64,000 nt of DNA from Prorocentrum cordatum (Eukaryota), in NCBI GenBank assembly GCA_963575745.1, contig CAUYUJ010000006.1, positions 1-64,000 on the forward strand, written 5' to 3'. The first letter of the stretch is position 1. The number at the start of each line of letters is the position of its first letter. Positions 12,701 through 25,465 of this stretch are shown here, piece by piece. A program made the position numbers and the translations under genes. The notes under the pieces are model-generated. The model did not search any database and had not been told where the DNA came from. It saw nothing but the letters and a program-made list of their open reading frames with translations.

Positions 12701-13551
12701 TTGTATTATTCGAGTCATCTTGATAGACACTCTCGGTTTTCTGTACTTAACTCGAGCTTTGGGGCAGCTACAGTGCTTGTAAGCACAGCTATCGCACTGA
12801 GAATCATCATGCGCGTTCGTCTGTTGAATCCAGAGGTCTGAACTCGGCCTGCTAGCCGAGCTAGGTCCGCAAACCTATCAGTATTATTGGAGTGATCTTG
12901 ATAGACGCTCTCGGTTTTCTGTACTTAACTCGAGCTGTAGGGCAGCTACAGGGCTCATTGTGAGAGACATCGCTGGGAATTATCAGTCGCGTTCGTCTAT
13001 CGTACCGAGAGCTCTGAACTCGGCCTGCTGCCCGAGCTAGGTTCACGAAACTGTTCGTATTGTCCGAATGATCTTGAGACATGCTCTCAATTTTCTGCAC
13101 TCAACTCGTGCTGGGGAAGGGCTACAGTGCTGCAGGTCACATATATCGATTTGCACACATCAGGCGCGTCTTTCGGTCGATTCCAGAGCTCGGAACTCGG
13201 TCTGCTGCTCGAACTAGGTTCGCAAAACTATTATATTATTCGAATCGATACTGTCGGTTTTCTGCACTTAACTCGGGCTGTAGGGGGGCTTCAGTGCTGG
13301 GAATCACATGAGTGGATTCGCAGACATCAGACGCGCCCGCCTGTCGCATTCAGAGGTCTGAACTCGGTTTGATACTCGAACTGGGTTGCAAAACTGTTCG
13401 TTTTTTGTTAGCGTCATCTTGAGAGGTCTGAAATCGCTTGGGCTTAAAAAATAGTCGTTCTTTCGAGTTTTTTCCCACAGTATATATTGTCAGGAAGCTC
13501 TACGAGTCTCCCGGCGGTAAGAAAGGTTGACGGTTTACCGCCGGCGCCCAG
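9800..13551 (+). repeat. Three near-identical family A copies in quasi-tandem (9800-11013, 11049-12388, 12389-13551)
   Basis: Shared private variants such as GACATGCTCTCAATTTTCTGCACTCAAC, TTCGAATCGATACTGTC and GGGGCTTCAGTGCTGGGAATCAC. Confidence 0.8.
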
Positions 13552-13676
13552 TCGTGCTGGGGAAGGGCTATAGCTCTGCTGGTCACAGGAATCGATTTCG
13601 AGACATCAGGCGCGTCCGTTCGTCGAACCGATCGCTCGAAACTCGGTCTGCTGCTCGAACGAAATCTGCGAAACTG

Positions 13677-15911
13677 TAACTCGTAGAGCTTCCCTTAGCT
13701 AGTTATAGCTGGAAGCTAAGAGTAATAACTCGTAGCGCTTTCCTTAGCAAGTTATTGCTGGAAGCTTAAGAGTAATTCCGGGGAGCTGGAGAGCTAGTTG
13801 GCAAGAAAAATCTCGACGGACTTTTTGCTGACTTTTGGTCGGTTGAAAATTTTGTTCTCAAAATTTGACCATTCGTTAGAGCTCTAGTATTTTTTCCCAT
13901 GGTATTCGATCTTATTCCCGCTCGCTATCTTGATCTCAGCTCGATCGGGTAACTTTGAAGGCCAAAAAGCAGGCAGGCGGGAACGGCCGTTTCGAGTCAT
14001 CTTGATACGCGCTGTCGGTTTTCTCAAGATAACTCGAGCTGGCGGACAACTACAGAGCTGGTCAGCACAGCTAATGCATTCAGAATGATCAGGCGCGTTC
14101 GTCTGTTGAATCCAGAGGTCTGAACTCGGTCTGCTAGTCGAGCTAGGGTCGCAAACCTATTCGTAGTATTCGGGTAATTGTAGCAGACGCTCTCGATTTT
14201 TTGTACTTAACTTGATCTGTAGGGCAGCCAGAGAGCTGATAATCACAGAAATCGATTGAGAATTATCAGGCACGTTCGTCTGTTCAATCAAGAGCTCTGA
14301 ACTCGGCCTGCTGCCCGAGCTAGTTTCGCGAACTTATTGGTATTGTTCGAGTCATCTTGAGAAGTGCTCTCGGTTTTCTGCACTTAAATCGTGCTGGGGA
14401 GGGCTAGAGTGCTGCTAGTCACAGAAATCGATTTCGAGACATCAGAAGCGTCCGTTCGTCGAACGGAGAGCTCGGAACTCGGTCTGCTGCTCGAACGAGA
14501 TCCGCGAAACTGTTGTATTATTCGAGTCATCCTGAGAGGTACTCTCGGTGTTCTGCACTTAACTCAGACTGTATGGGGGCTGCAGAGCTGGTAATCACAG
14601 GAATCGATCCGCAGACATCAGACGCGCCCGCTTGTCGCATTCAGAGGTCTGAACTCGGTTTCATATTCGAGCTCGATTGGAAAACTGTTTGTTTGTTTTG
14701 TTAGAGTCATCTAGAGAGGTCTATAATCGCTTGGGCTGAAACACTAGTCGTTTTCTGTTTTCTTTTCCACATTATATATTGTCAGGAAGCTCTACGAGTC
14801 CCCCGGCGGTAAGAAAGGTTGACGGTTTACCGCCGGCGCCCAGTTCCGGCGCGCTGGAGAGCTAGTTGGCAAGAAAAATCTCGACGGACCTTTTGCTGAC
14901 TTTTGGTCGGTTGAAAATTTCGTTCTCGAAATTCAACAATTCGTTTGTGCTCTAGTATTTTTTCCCATGATATTCGATCTTATTACCGCTCGCCATCTTG
15001 ATCTCAGCTCGATCGGGTAACTTTGAAGGCCAAAAAGCAGGCAGGCGGGAACGGCCGTTTCGAGTCATCTTGATACGCGCTGTCAGTTTTCTTAAGATAA
15101 CTCGAGCTTCAGGACAACTACAGAGCTGTGCAGCACAGCTAATGCATTCAGAATGATTAGGCGCGTTCGTCTGTTGAATCGAGAGGTCTGAACTCGGTCT
15201 GCTAGCCGAGCTAGGGTCGCAAACCTATTCGTATTATTCGAGTCATTGTAGCAGACGCTCTCGGTTTTTCGTACTTAACTCGATCTGTAGGGCAGCCACA
15301 GAGCTGATAATCACAGAAATCGATTGAGAATTATCAGGCGCGTTCGTCTGTTGAAGAAGAGCTCTGAACTCGGCCTGCTCCCCGAGCTAGGTTCGCGAAC
15401 CTATTGGTATTGTTCGAGTCATCTTGAGAAGTGCTCTCGGTTTTCTGTACTTAAATCGTGCTGGGGGAGGGCTACAGTGCTGCTGGTCACAGGAATCGAT
15501 TTCGAGACATCAGACGCGTCCGTTCGTCGAACTGAGAGCTCGGAACTCGGTCTGCTGCTCGAACGAGATCCGCGAAACTGTTGTATTATTCGAGTCATCC
15601 TCAGAGGTACTCTCGGTTTTCTGCACTTAACCCAGGCTGTATGGGGGCTGCAGAGCTCGTAATCACAGGAATCGATTTGCAGACATCAGACACGTCCGCC
15701 TGTCGCATTCAGAGGTCTGAACTCGGTTCATACTCGAGCTCGATTGGAAAACTGTTCGTTTGTTTTGTTAGAGTCATCTTGAGAGGTCTACAATCGCTTG
15801 GGCTGAAAAACTAGTCATTCTCTGAAATTCTTTCCCACATTATATATTGTCAGGAAGCTCTACGAGTCCCCCGGCGGTAAGAAAGGTTGACGGTTTACCG
15901 CCGGCGCCCAG
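13677..15911 (+). mobile_element. Family A element inserted in another A copy and itself containing A element 13726-14843
   Basis: Outer flanks GCGAAACTG | TTGTATTATTCG and inner flanks CTAAGAGTAA | TTCCGGCGCG both restore the consensus exactly. Confidence 0.9.
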
Positions 15912-16244
15912 TTGTATTATTCGAGTCATCCTGAGAGGTACTCTCGGTTTTCTGTACTTAACTCATACTGTATGGGCTGCAGAGCTGGTAATCACAGAAA
16001 TCGATCCGCAGACAGACATGAGACACATCCGCCTGTCGCATTCAGAGGTCTGAACTCGGTTTCATACTCGAGCTCGATTGGAAAACTGTTTGTTTGTTTT
16101 GTTAGAGTCATCTTTGGAGGTCATCATCGCTTGGGCTGAAAAAACTGGTCGTTCTCTGAAATTCGTTTCCACATATATATTGTCAGGAAGCTCTACGAGT
16201 CCCCCGGCGGTAAGAAAGGTTGACGGTTTACCGCCGGCGCCCAG

Positions 16245-17362
16245 TAACTCGTAGAGCTTCCCTTAGCTAGTTATAGCTGGAAGCTAAGAGTAATTCCGGC
16301 GCGTTGGAGAGCTAGTTGGCAAGAAAAATCTCGACGGACCTTTTGGTGACTTTTGGTCGGTTGAAAATTTTGTTCTCGAAATTTGACAATTCGTTAGAGC
16401 TCTAGTATTTTTTCCCGTGATATTCGATCTTATTCCCGCTCGCCATCTTGATCTCAGCTCGATCGGGTAACTTTGAAGGCCAAAAAGCACACGGGCGGGA
16501 ACGGCCGTTTCGAGTCATCTTGATACGCGCTGTCGGTTTTCTCAAGATAACTCGAGCTTCAGGGCAGCTACAGGGCTCGTCAGCACAGGTAATGCATTCA
16601 GAATGATCAGGCGCGTTCGCCTGTTCAATCCAGTGGTCTGAACTCGGTCTGCTAGCCGAGCTAGGGTCGAAAACTTAATCGTATTATTCGAGTCATTGTA
16701 ACAGACGCTCTCGGTTTTTCGTACTTAACTCGATCTGTAGGGCATCTACAGAGCTGATAATCACAGAAATCGATTGGGAACTATCAAGCGCATTCGTCTG
16801 TTAAATTAAGAGCTCTGAACTCATCCTGTTTCCCGAGCTAGGTTCGCGACCCTATTGGTATTGTTCGAGTCATCTTGAGAAGTGCCTTGGTTTTCTGTGC
16901 TTAAATCGTGCTGGGGAGGGCTACAGTGCTGCTGGTCACAGGAATCGATTTCGAGACATCAGGCGCGTCCGTTCGTCGAACCGAGAGCTCGGAACTCGGT
17001 CTGCTGCTCGAACGAGATTCGCGAAACTGTTGTATTATTCGAGTCATCATGAGAGATACTCTCGGTTTTCTGCACTGAACTTAAGCTGTATGGGAGGCTG
17101 CAGAGCTGGTAATCACAGGAATCGATCCGCAGACATCAGACGCGTTCGCCTGTCGCATTCAGAGGTCTGAACTCGGTTTCATACTCGAGCTCGATTGGAA
17201 AACTGTTCGTTTGTTTTGTTGGAGTCATCTTGAGAGGTCTATAATCGCTTGGGATGAAAAACTAGTCGTTCTCGGAAATTCTATTCCACAGTATATATTG
17301 TCAGGAAGCTCTACGAGTCCTCCGGCGGTAAGAAAGATTGACGGTTTACCGCCGGCGCCCAG
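16245..17362 (+). mobile_element. Intact family A element (1118 bp)
   Basis: Complete 5' inverted-repeat motif, body and 3' hairpin; abuts the previous element's CCAG end. Confidence 0.85.
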
Positions 17363-20270
17363 TTGGTCGACCCGGCCAGAAAGGACAAAGTGATAACTTT
17401 TGGGTGGTTTCGCATCTTTTTGAAAGATATTTGACAATTCATTTTGAGGAAGCAGATTTGTCGCACCTGTAAATAATTATGAGGGCCCCTCTGTCTTAGT
17501 ATGAGCTCTGTAGGCGCACTTCTACTATGCAAACACTTGGAGGAACCATCTTCATGTCGAGACGAAAAAAGAATTTTCCTTTTTTTCCAGAAATGCTTCC
17601 AGAAGCTCTCTCTTTCGACTCCGGGCACTCTTATGCGTGAAATCAGCTCTACGACGTTCCCGGCGGTGACCAGGTTGACGGTTCACCGCCGGCGCCAGTT
17701 ATAGCTGGAAGCTAAGAGTAATTCCGGCGCGCCGGAGAGCTAGTTGGCTCGAAAAAAAAGAAATGAACTTTTCACAACTTTTGGTCGGTTGAAAATTATG
17801 TTCTCGAAATTCAACAATTCGTTTGAGCTCTAGTATTTTTTCCCGTGATATTCGATCTCATTCCCGCTCGCCATCTTGATCTCAGCTCGATCGGGTACCT
17901 TTTACTGTCAAAAAGCACACTGACGGGAACGGCCGTTTCGAGTCATCTTGATACGCGTTGTCGGTATTTTGTACTTAACTCCAGCTGCAGAACAGCTACA
18001 GAGCTGGTGAGCACAGCTATCGCACTCAGAATCATCAGGCGCGTTCGCCTGTTAAATCCAGAGGTCTGAACTCGCTCTGCTAGCCGAGCTAGGTCCGCAA
18101 ACCTATTCGTATTATTCGAGTCAACTTAATACGCGTTGTCGGTATTTTCTACTTAGCTCGAGCTGTGGGGCAGCTACACCTATTGCACTCAGAATCATTA
18201 GGCGCGTTTGCCTGTCCAATCCATAGGTCTGAATTCGGTCTGCTAGCCGAGCTAGGTCCGCACACCTATTCGTATTATTTGTTTCAACTTGATACGCGTG
18301 GTGGGTATTTCGTATTTAATCCGAGCTGCAGGGCAGCTACAGTGCTGGTATGCACAGCTATCGCACTCAGAATCATCAGACGCGTTCGCCTCTTGACTCC
18401 AGAGGTCTGAACTCGGTCTGCTAGCCGAGCTAGGTCCGCAAATCTATTCTTATTATTCGAGTCATCTTTAAAAACGCTCTCGGTACTTTCTGTACTTAAC
18501 TCGAGCTGTAGGCAGCTACAGAGCCTACAGCCACGTAAATCGATTGCGAATTATCGGGCGCGTTTGTCTGTTGTATCGAGAGCTCTGAACTCGGCCTGCT
18601 GTGCGAGCTCGGTTCGCGAAACTATTCGTCGAATCATCGTGAACGTTGCTCTCAATTTTCTGCACTCAACTCGTGCTGCGGGAGGGCTACAGTGCTGCAG
18701 GTCATAGAAATCGATTTGCACACATCAGGCGCGTTCGTTGGTGGATTCGCGAGCTCAGAACTTGGTCTACTGCTCGAAAGAGGTCTGTGAAACTATTATA
18801 TTATTCGAGTCATCCTGAGAGATGCTGTCGGTTTCCTGCACTTAACTCGGGCTGTAGGGGGGCTGCAGGCCTGGTAATCACATGAGTGGATTCGCAGATA
18901 TCAGACGCGCCCGCCTGTCGCATTCAGAGGTCTGAACTCGGTCTGATGAGCGTCCGCTTGTCGCATTCAGAGGTCAAACAATATTCACTATGAGTCAGAA
19001 TGCTGGTAGGTGCTCTCGGTTTTCTCAGCTTGGAAGCTCTACGAGTTCCCCGGCGGTAACCAAGGTTGACGGTTTACCGCCGGCGCCCAGTTTTGGTCGG
19101 TTGAAAATTTTGTTCTCGAAATTTGACAATTCGTTAGAGCTCTAGTATTATTTCCCGTGATATTCGATCTTATTCCCGCTCGCCATCTTGATCTCAGCTC
19201 GATCGGGTAACTTTGAAGGCCAAAAAGCGTCCCGGCGGGAACGACCGTTTCGAGTCATCTTCATACGCGCTGTCGGTATTTTGTACCCAACTCGAGCTGT
19301 AAGGCAGCTACAGAGCTGGTAAGCACAGCTATCGCACTCAGAATTATCAGGCGCGTTCGCCTGTTGAATCCAGAGGTCTGAACTCGGTCTGCCAGCCGAG
19401 CTAGGTCCGCAAACCTACTCGTATTATTTGAGTCATCTTGATAGACACTCTCGGTTTTCTGTACTTAACTCGAGCTTTAGGGCAGCTACAATGCTGGTAC
19501 GCACACCTATCGCACTCAGAATCATCACGCGCATTCGCCTGTTCAATCCAGAGGGCTGAACTCGGTCTGCTAGCCGAGCTAGGTCCGCAAACCTATTCGT
19601 ATTATTCGAGGCATCCTGATAGACGCTCTCGGTTTTCTGTACTTAACTCGAGCTGTAGGGCAGCTACAAGGCTCATTGTGACAGACATCGATCGGGAATC
19701 ATCAGTCGCGTTCGTCTATTGAATCGAGAGCTCTGAACTCGGCCTGCTGCCCGAGCTAGGTTCGCGAAACTGTTCGTATTGTCCGAATGATCTTGAGAAG
19801 TGCTCTCGGTTTTCTGCACTGAACTCGTGCTGGGGGAGGGCTACAGTGCTGCAGGTCACATGTATCGATTTGCACACATCAGGCGCGCCTTTCGGTCGAT
19901 TCCAGAGCTCGGAACTCGGTCTGCTGCTCGAACTAGGTTCGCAAAACTATTATATTATTCGAGTCGATACTGTCGGTTTTCTGCACTTAACTCGGGCTGT
20001 AGGGGAGCTACAGGCTGGAGGAATCACATAAGTGGATTCGCAGACATCAGACGCGCCCGCCTGTCGCATTCAGAGGTCTGAACTCGGTTTGATACTCGAA
20101 CTGGGTTGCGAAGCTGTTTGTTTTTTGTTAGCGTTATCTTGAGAGGTCTGAAATCGCTTGGGCTTAAAAAATAGTCGTTCTTTGGAGTTTTTTCCCACAG
20201 TATATATGTCAGGAAGCTCTACGAGTCCCCCGGCGGTAAGAAAGGTTGACGGTTTACCGCCAGCGCCCAG
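17363..20270 (+). mobile_element. B 3' part (to 17698) followed by two A 3' parts (17699-19090, 19091-20270)
   Basis: Family-diagnostic bodies and 3' ends. Confidence 0.75.
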
Positions 20271-20615
20271 TACCTCGTAGAGCTCTTCGGCATCGATGAG
20301 CTAGAGGAATTCCGGCGCGGGGTGGAGCTAGTTTGCCGACCCGATCAAAAGAGACAATATGATAACTTTTGGGTGGTTTGGCAATTTTTTTAAAGATATT
20401 CGACAATTCATTTTAAGAAAGCACATTTGTCGCACCTGTGAACGACTGTGAGGGCCTCTCTGTCTTAGTATGAGCTCTGTAGGCGCACTTTTACTATCAA
20501 AACACAGGAATGCTTCCAGAAGCTTTCTCTTTCGACTCTGAGCACTCTTACGCGTGAAAGGAGCTCTACGAGGTTCCCGGCGGTGAGCAGGTTGACGGTT
20601 CACCGCCGGCGCCAG
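20271..20615 (+). mobile_element. Intact short family B element (345 bp)
   Basis: TACCTCGTAGAGCTC...GAGCTCTACGAGGT, then hairpin CCGGCGGTGA/TCACCGCCGG and CGCCAG. Confidence 0.85.
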
Positions 20616-20726
20616 TAACTCGTAGAGCTTCCCTCAGCAAGTTATTGCTGGAAGCTTAAGAGTAATACCTCGTAGAGCTCTTCGGCATCGATGAGCTAGA
20701 GGAATTCGGGCGCGGGGTGCAGCTAG

Positions 20727-22099
20727 TGACTCGTAGAGCTTCCCGAAGCTAGTTGCTGGAAGCTTAAGAGAAATTCCGGCACGCTGGAGAGCTAGTTGGC
20801 TCGAAAAAAAAGAACTGAACTTTTCACAACTTTTGGTCGGTTGAACAATTTGTTCTCGAAATTTGAACATTCGTTAGAGATCTAGTATTTTTTCCCGTGA
20901 TATTCGATCATATTCCGGCTCGCCATCTTGATCTCAGCTCGATCGGGTACCTTTTACTGCCAAAAACCACACTGGCGGGATCGGCCGTTTCGAGTCATCT
21001 TGATACGCGTTGTCGGTATTTTCTACTTAACTCGAGCTGTAGGGCAGCTACAGTGCTGGTAAGCACACCTATCGCACTCAGAATCATCAGGCGCGTTCGC
21101 CTGTTGAATCCATAGGTCTGAACTCGGTCTGCTAGCCGAGCTAGGTCCGCAAACCTATTCGTATTATTCGAGTCAACTTGATACGCGTTGTCGGTATTTT
21201 CTACTTAACTCGAGCTGTAGGGCAGCTACAGTGCTGGTAAGCAACCTATCGCACTCAGAATCATCAGGCGCGTTCGCCTGTTGAATCCATAGGTCTGAAC
21301 TCGGTCTGCTAGCCGAGCTAGATCCGCACACCCATTCGTATTATTTGAGTCAACTTGATACGCGTGGTGGTATTTTGTACTTAATTTGAGCTGCAGCGGA
21401 GCTACAGAGCTGGTAAGCACATCCATCGCATTCAGAATCATCACTCGGTCTGCTAGCCGAGCTAGGTCCGCAAATCTATTCGTATTATTCGAGTGATCTC
21501 GACAAACGCTCTCGGTTCTCTGTACTAAATTCGAGCTGTAGGGCAGCTACAGAGCCTATAGTCACAGAAATCGATTGGGAATTATCGGGCGCGTTTGTCT
21601 GTTGTATCGAGAGCTCCGAACTCGGCCTGCTGCCCGAGTCCGAATCATCGTGCGCAAACCTATTGGTATTATTCGAATCATCTTGATAGGCGCCCTCGGT
21701 TTCCTGTACTTAACTCGGACAGCTACAGGGCTGATAGTTACAGAAACCGATTCAGAATCATCAGTTGCGTTTGTCTGTCGAATCCAGAGCTCTGAACTCG
21801 GTCTGCTGCGCGATCCAGAATCACGAAACTGTTCGTATTCTTCCAGTCATCTTGAGAGCTGTCGGCGTTCTGCACTTAACTCGGGCTGTAGGGGCTGCAG
21901 GGCGGGTAATCACAGGAATCGATTCGGAGACATTAGACGCGTTCGTCTGTCGCATGCAGAGGTCTGAACTCGGTCTGATACTCGAGTTGGGCTGAACAAC
22001 TATTCTTTCTCTGCAATTTCTTCGACATTATATGTTGTCAGGAAGCTCTACGAGTCCCCCGGCGGTAACAAAGGTCGACGGTTTACCGCCGGCGCCCAG
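20727..22099 (+). mobile_element. Intact family A element nested in B (5' at 20666), which is nested in A (5' at 20616)
   Basis: Starts TGACTCGTAGAGCTTCC. Flanks GCAGCTAG | TTGGCCGACC. Repeat period 178 bp (21001 vs 21179). Confidence 0.85.
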
Positions 22100-22135
22100 T
22101 TGGCCGACCCGGCCCCGACGAACAATGTGCGAATT

Positions 22136-23549
22136 TTCCCGGATAGCTCCTTGGAGAGCTGAGGGTTTCAGATAAGATGCCGGAGGAGGGTGGTGAGGGA
22201 GACACGCCCACCTCCGCCGGTCCACGATTCTCGCAGCAGGTTGCCGGAGCTTGCAGCGGGTCCGGGAGCGTGGCTTCCTAGCGTTTCCCAATGCGCGTGG
22301 CTCCAGGGTGCGCAAAGCGCTTCGGCAGAGCTTCGGAAGAGCTTCGGCAGTTTTTCCAGGCTCCTAGGCAGATCTTCCTTGTGCGCTTTGCAGTGCCCCA
22401 CGCATCGCAAATCGCAAACGGCGCCCCTGCAAGCGTCTCCTGCAAGGTTTCCAGCGTCCCGCGCATCGTTTCAAGCGGCACGGCAGAGGTCCCCGTGCGG
22501 CGTTTTGGAGGGCTTCGCGCTCCGCGCCTGGCTTCGCTATCCGGGTTTTTCCCGGATAGCTCCTTGGAGAGCTGAGGGTTTCAGATAAGAAGCCGAAGGT
22601 GGGTGGAGGGAGACACGCCCACCTCCGCCGGTCCACGATTCTTGCAGCAGGTACCTCGTAGAGCTCTTCGGCATCGATGAGCTAGAGGAATTCCGGCGCG
22701 GGGTGGAGCTAGTTGGTCGACCCGGCCGAGGCGGACAAAGTGATAACTTTTTCCCGGATAGCTCCTTGGAGAGCTGAGGGTTTCAGATAAGAAGCCGGCT
22801 GTGGGTGGTGAGGAGCACACGCCCACCTCCGCCGGTCCACGCTCGTCGCAGCAGCTTGCCGGAGCTTGCAGCGGGTCCGTGAGCGTGGCTTCCTAGCGTT
22901 TCCCAATACGCGTGGCTCAAGGGTGCGCGAAGCGCTTCGGCAGAGCTTCGGAAGAGCTTCGGCAGTTCTTCCAGGCTCCTAGGCAGATCTTCCTTGCGCG
23001 CTTTGCAGGGCCCCACGCATCGTAAACGACGCCCCTGCAAGCGTCTCCTGCGAGGTTTCCAGCGTCCCGCGCATCGTTTCAGGCGGCCTGGCAGAGGTCC
23101 CCGTGCGGCCTTCCGCGCTTGGCTTCGCTATTCCCGGATAGCTCTGTGAGAGCAGAGGGTTTCAGAGAAGAAGCCGGCGGTGGGTGGTGAGGAGGACACG
23201 CCCACCGGTCCACGATCGTCGCAGCAGCTTGCCGGAACCGGCAGCGGGTCCGGGAGCGTGGCTTCCTAGGGTTTCCCAATACGCGTGGCTCCAGGGTGCG
23301 CGAAGCGCTTCGGCAGAGCTTCGGAAGAGCTTCGGCAGTTCTTCCAGGCTCCTAGGCAGATCTTCCTTGCGCGCTTTGCAGGGCCCCACGCATCGTAAAC
23401 GGCGCCCCTGCAAGCGTCTCCTGCGAGGTTTCCAGCGTCCCGCGCATCGTTTCAAGCAGCCTGGCAAAGGTCCCCGTGCGGCGTTCCGCGCTTGGCTTCG
23501 CTATCCGGGTTTCGGACGCTTACAAAACCGAGTTTTGGACGCTTGCAAG
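22136..23549 (+). mobile_element. Family C elements (about 400 bp, GC-rich), nested in B and in one another
   Basis: 5' TTCCCGGATAGC at about 22136, 22549, 22752 and 23131. Inverted subterminal GCTATCCGGG at 22536 and 23500. 3' tail GGACGCTTACAA. Confidence 0.75.
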
Positions 23550-23846
23550 TCTGTGGTTTTGCGATTTTTTGAAAGATATTTGACCATTCATTTTGAGAAA
23601 GCAGATTTTTCGCATCTGTGAACGGCTATGAGGGTCTCTCTGTCTTTGTATGAGCTTTGTTGGCGGACCTTTACTATGAAAACACTTGGAGCAACCATCT
23701 TTATGTCGACACGAAAACATCAATTTTTCTCTTTTGTTAAGAAATGCTTCGAGAAGCTCTCCCTTTCGAGTCTGAGCACTCTTTCGCGTGGAAGGAGCTC
23801 GAGGTTCCCGGCGGTGACCAGGTTGACGGTTCACCGCCGGCGCCAG

Positions 23847-24894
23847 TAACTCGTAGAGCTTCCCTTAGCAAGTTATTGCTGGAAGATTTAGAGTAATTCC
23901 GGAGCGCTGGAGAGCTAGTTGGCAAGAAAAATCTCGACGGAACTTTTGCTGACTTTTGGTCGCTTGAAAATTTTGTTCTCGAAATTTGACAATTCGTTAG
24001 AGCTCCAGTTTTTTTTTCCTGTGATATTCGATCTTATTCCCGCTCGCCATCTTGATCTCAGCTCGATCGGGTAACGTTGAAGGCCAAAAAGCACTCTGGC
24101 GGGATCGGCCGTCTCGAGTCATCTTGATATGCGCTGACGGTTTTATGAACATAACGCGAGCTCTAGGACAGCTACAGAGCTGGTAAGCACACATATCGCA
24201 TCCAGAATCATCAGACGCGTTCGACTGTTGAATCGAGAGGTCTGAACTCGGTCTGCTAGCCGAGCTAGGTTTGCAAACCTATTGGTATTATTCAAGTCTT
24301 CTTGACAGGCACTCTCGGTTTTTTGTACTTAACTCGAGCTGTAGGACAGCTACAGAGCTGATATTCATAGAAACCGATCTAGAATCATCAGTTGCGTTTG
24401 TGTGTCGAATTTCGAGCTCTGAACTCGATCTGGTGCCCAATCTAGAATCGCGAAACTATCTGTATTGGTCGAACCATCTTGAGAAGTGCTCTCGATTTGC
24501 TGCATTTAACTGGCGCTGAGGGGAGCTACAGTGCTGGTGGTCACAGGAATCGATTTGAAGACATCAGACGCGTCCGCCTGTCGAATCCAGAGCTCGGAAC
24601 TCGGTCTGCTGCCCGAATTAGGTCTGCGAAACTAGTGTATTCTTGGAGTCATCCTGAGAGGTGCTGTCAGTTTTCTGCATTCAACTCGGACTGTAGGGGA
24701 GCTGCAGGGCTGGTAATGACAGGAGTCGACTCGCAGACATCAGACGCGTGCGCCTGTCGCATTGAGAGGTCACAACATATTCACTATGAGTCGGAATGTT
24801 GGTAGGTGCTCGGTGTTCTCAACTTCAGTCGAGCTGGAAGCTCTACGAGTCTCCCGGCGGTAACCAAGGTTGACGGTTTACCGCCGGCGTCCAG
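23847..24894 (+). mobile_element. Intact family A element (diverged subfamily)
   Basis: TAACTCGTAGAGCTTCC start; 3' end GGAAGCTCTACGAGT...ACCGCCGGCGTCCAG. Confidence 0.8.
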
Positions 24895-25143
24895 TTTGAA
24901 AGACATTCGATTATTTATTTTAAGAATGCAGATTTTTACGCCGAGCATTGGCACATAAACTCTTCTCTGACAGCAGGTCAGTTCTCTCGATGCAATTTTG
25001 CATCAGTTGACTTCCGGGAACTGCGCGAATATGAGCGTCAAAAAATCGAATTTGAAGATTTTCGAAAAATCACTCGTACCAGTGAGAGGAGCTCTACGAG
25101 GTTCCCGGCGGTGACCGGGTTGACGGTTCACCGCCGGCGCCAG

Positions 25144-25465
25144 TTGCCGGAGCTTGCAGCGGGTCCGGGGGCGTGGCTTCCTAGCGTTTCCCAATACGCG
25201 TGGCTCCAGGGTGCGCAAAGCGCTTCGGCAGAGCTTCGGAAGAGCTTCGGCAGTTCTTCCAGGCTCCTAGACAGATCTTCCTTGTGCGCTCTGCAGGGCC
25301 CACGCATCGTAAACGGCGCCCCTGCAAGCGTCTCCTGCGAGGTTTCCAGCGTCCCGCGCATCGTTTTAAGCGGCACGGCAGAGGTCCCCGTGCGGCGTTT
25401 TGGAGCGCTTCGCGCTCCGCGCCTGGCTTCGCTATCCGGGTTTTGGACGCTTACAATGGACGCTT
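25144..25465 (+). mobile_element. 3' part of the family C element split at 22651/25144
   Basis: GCAGCAGG (ending 22651) plus TTGCCGGAGC (25144) restores the C sequence seen at 22234-22250. Confidence 0.8.

Noticed and set aside
25200..25463. N-terminal 88 aa of the 909-aa ORF
   Set aside because: It lies upstream of the TSD in family C sequence, and the same peptide appears in other C copies.
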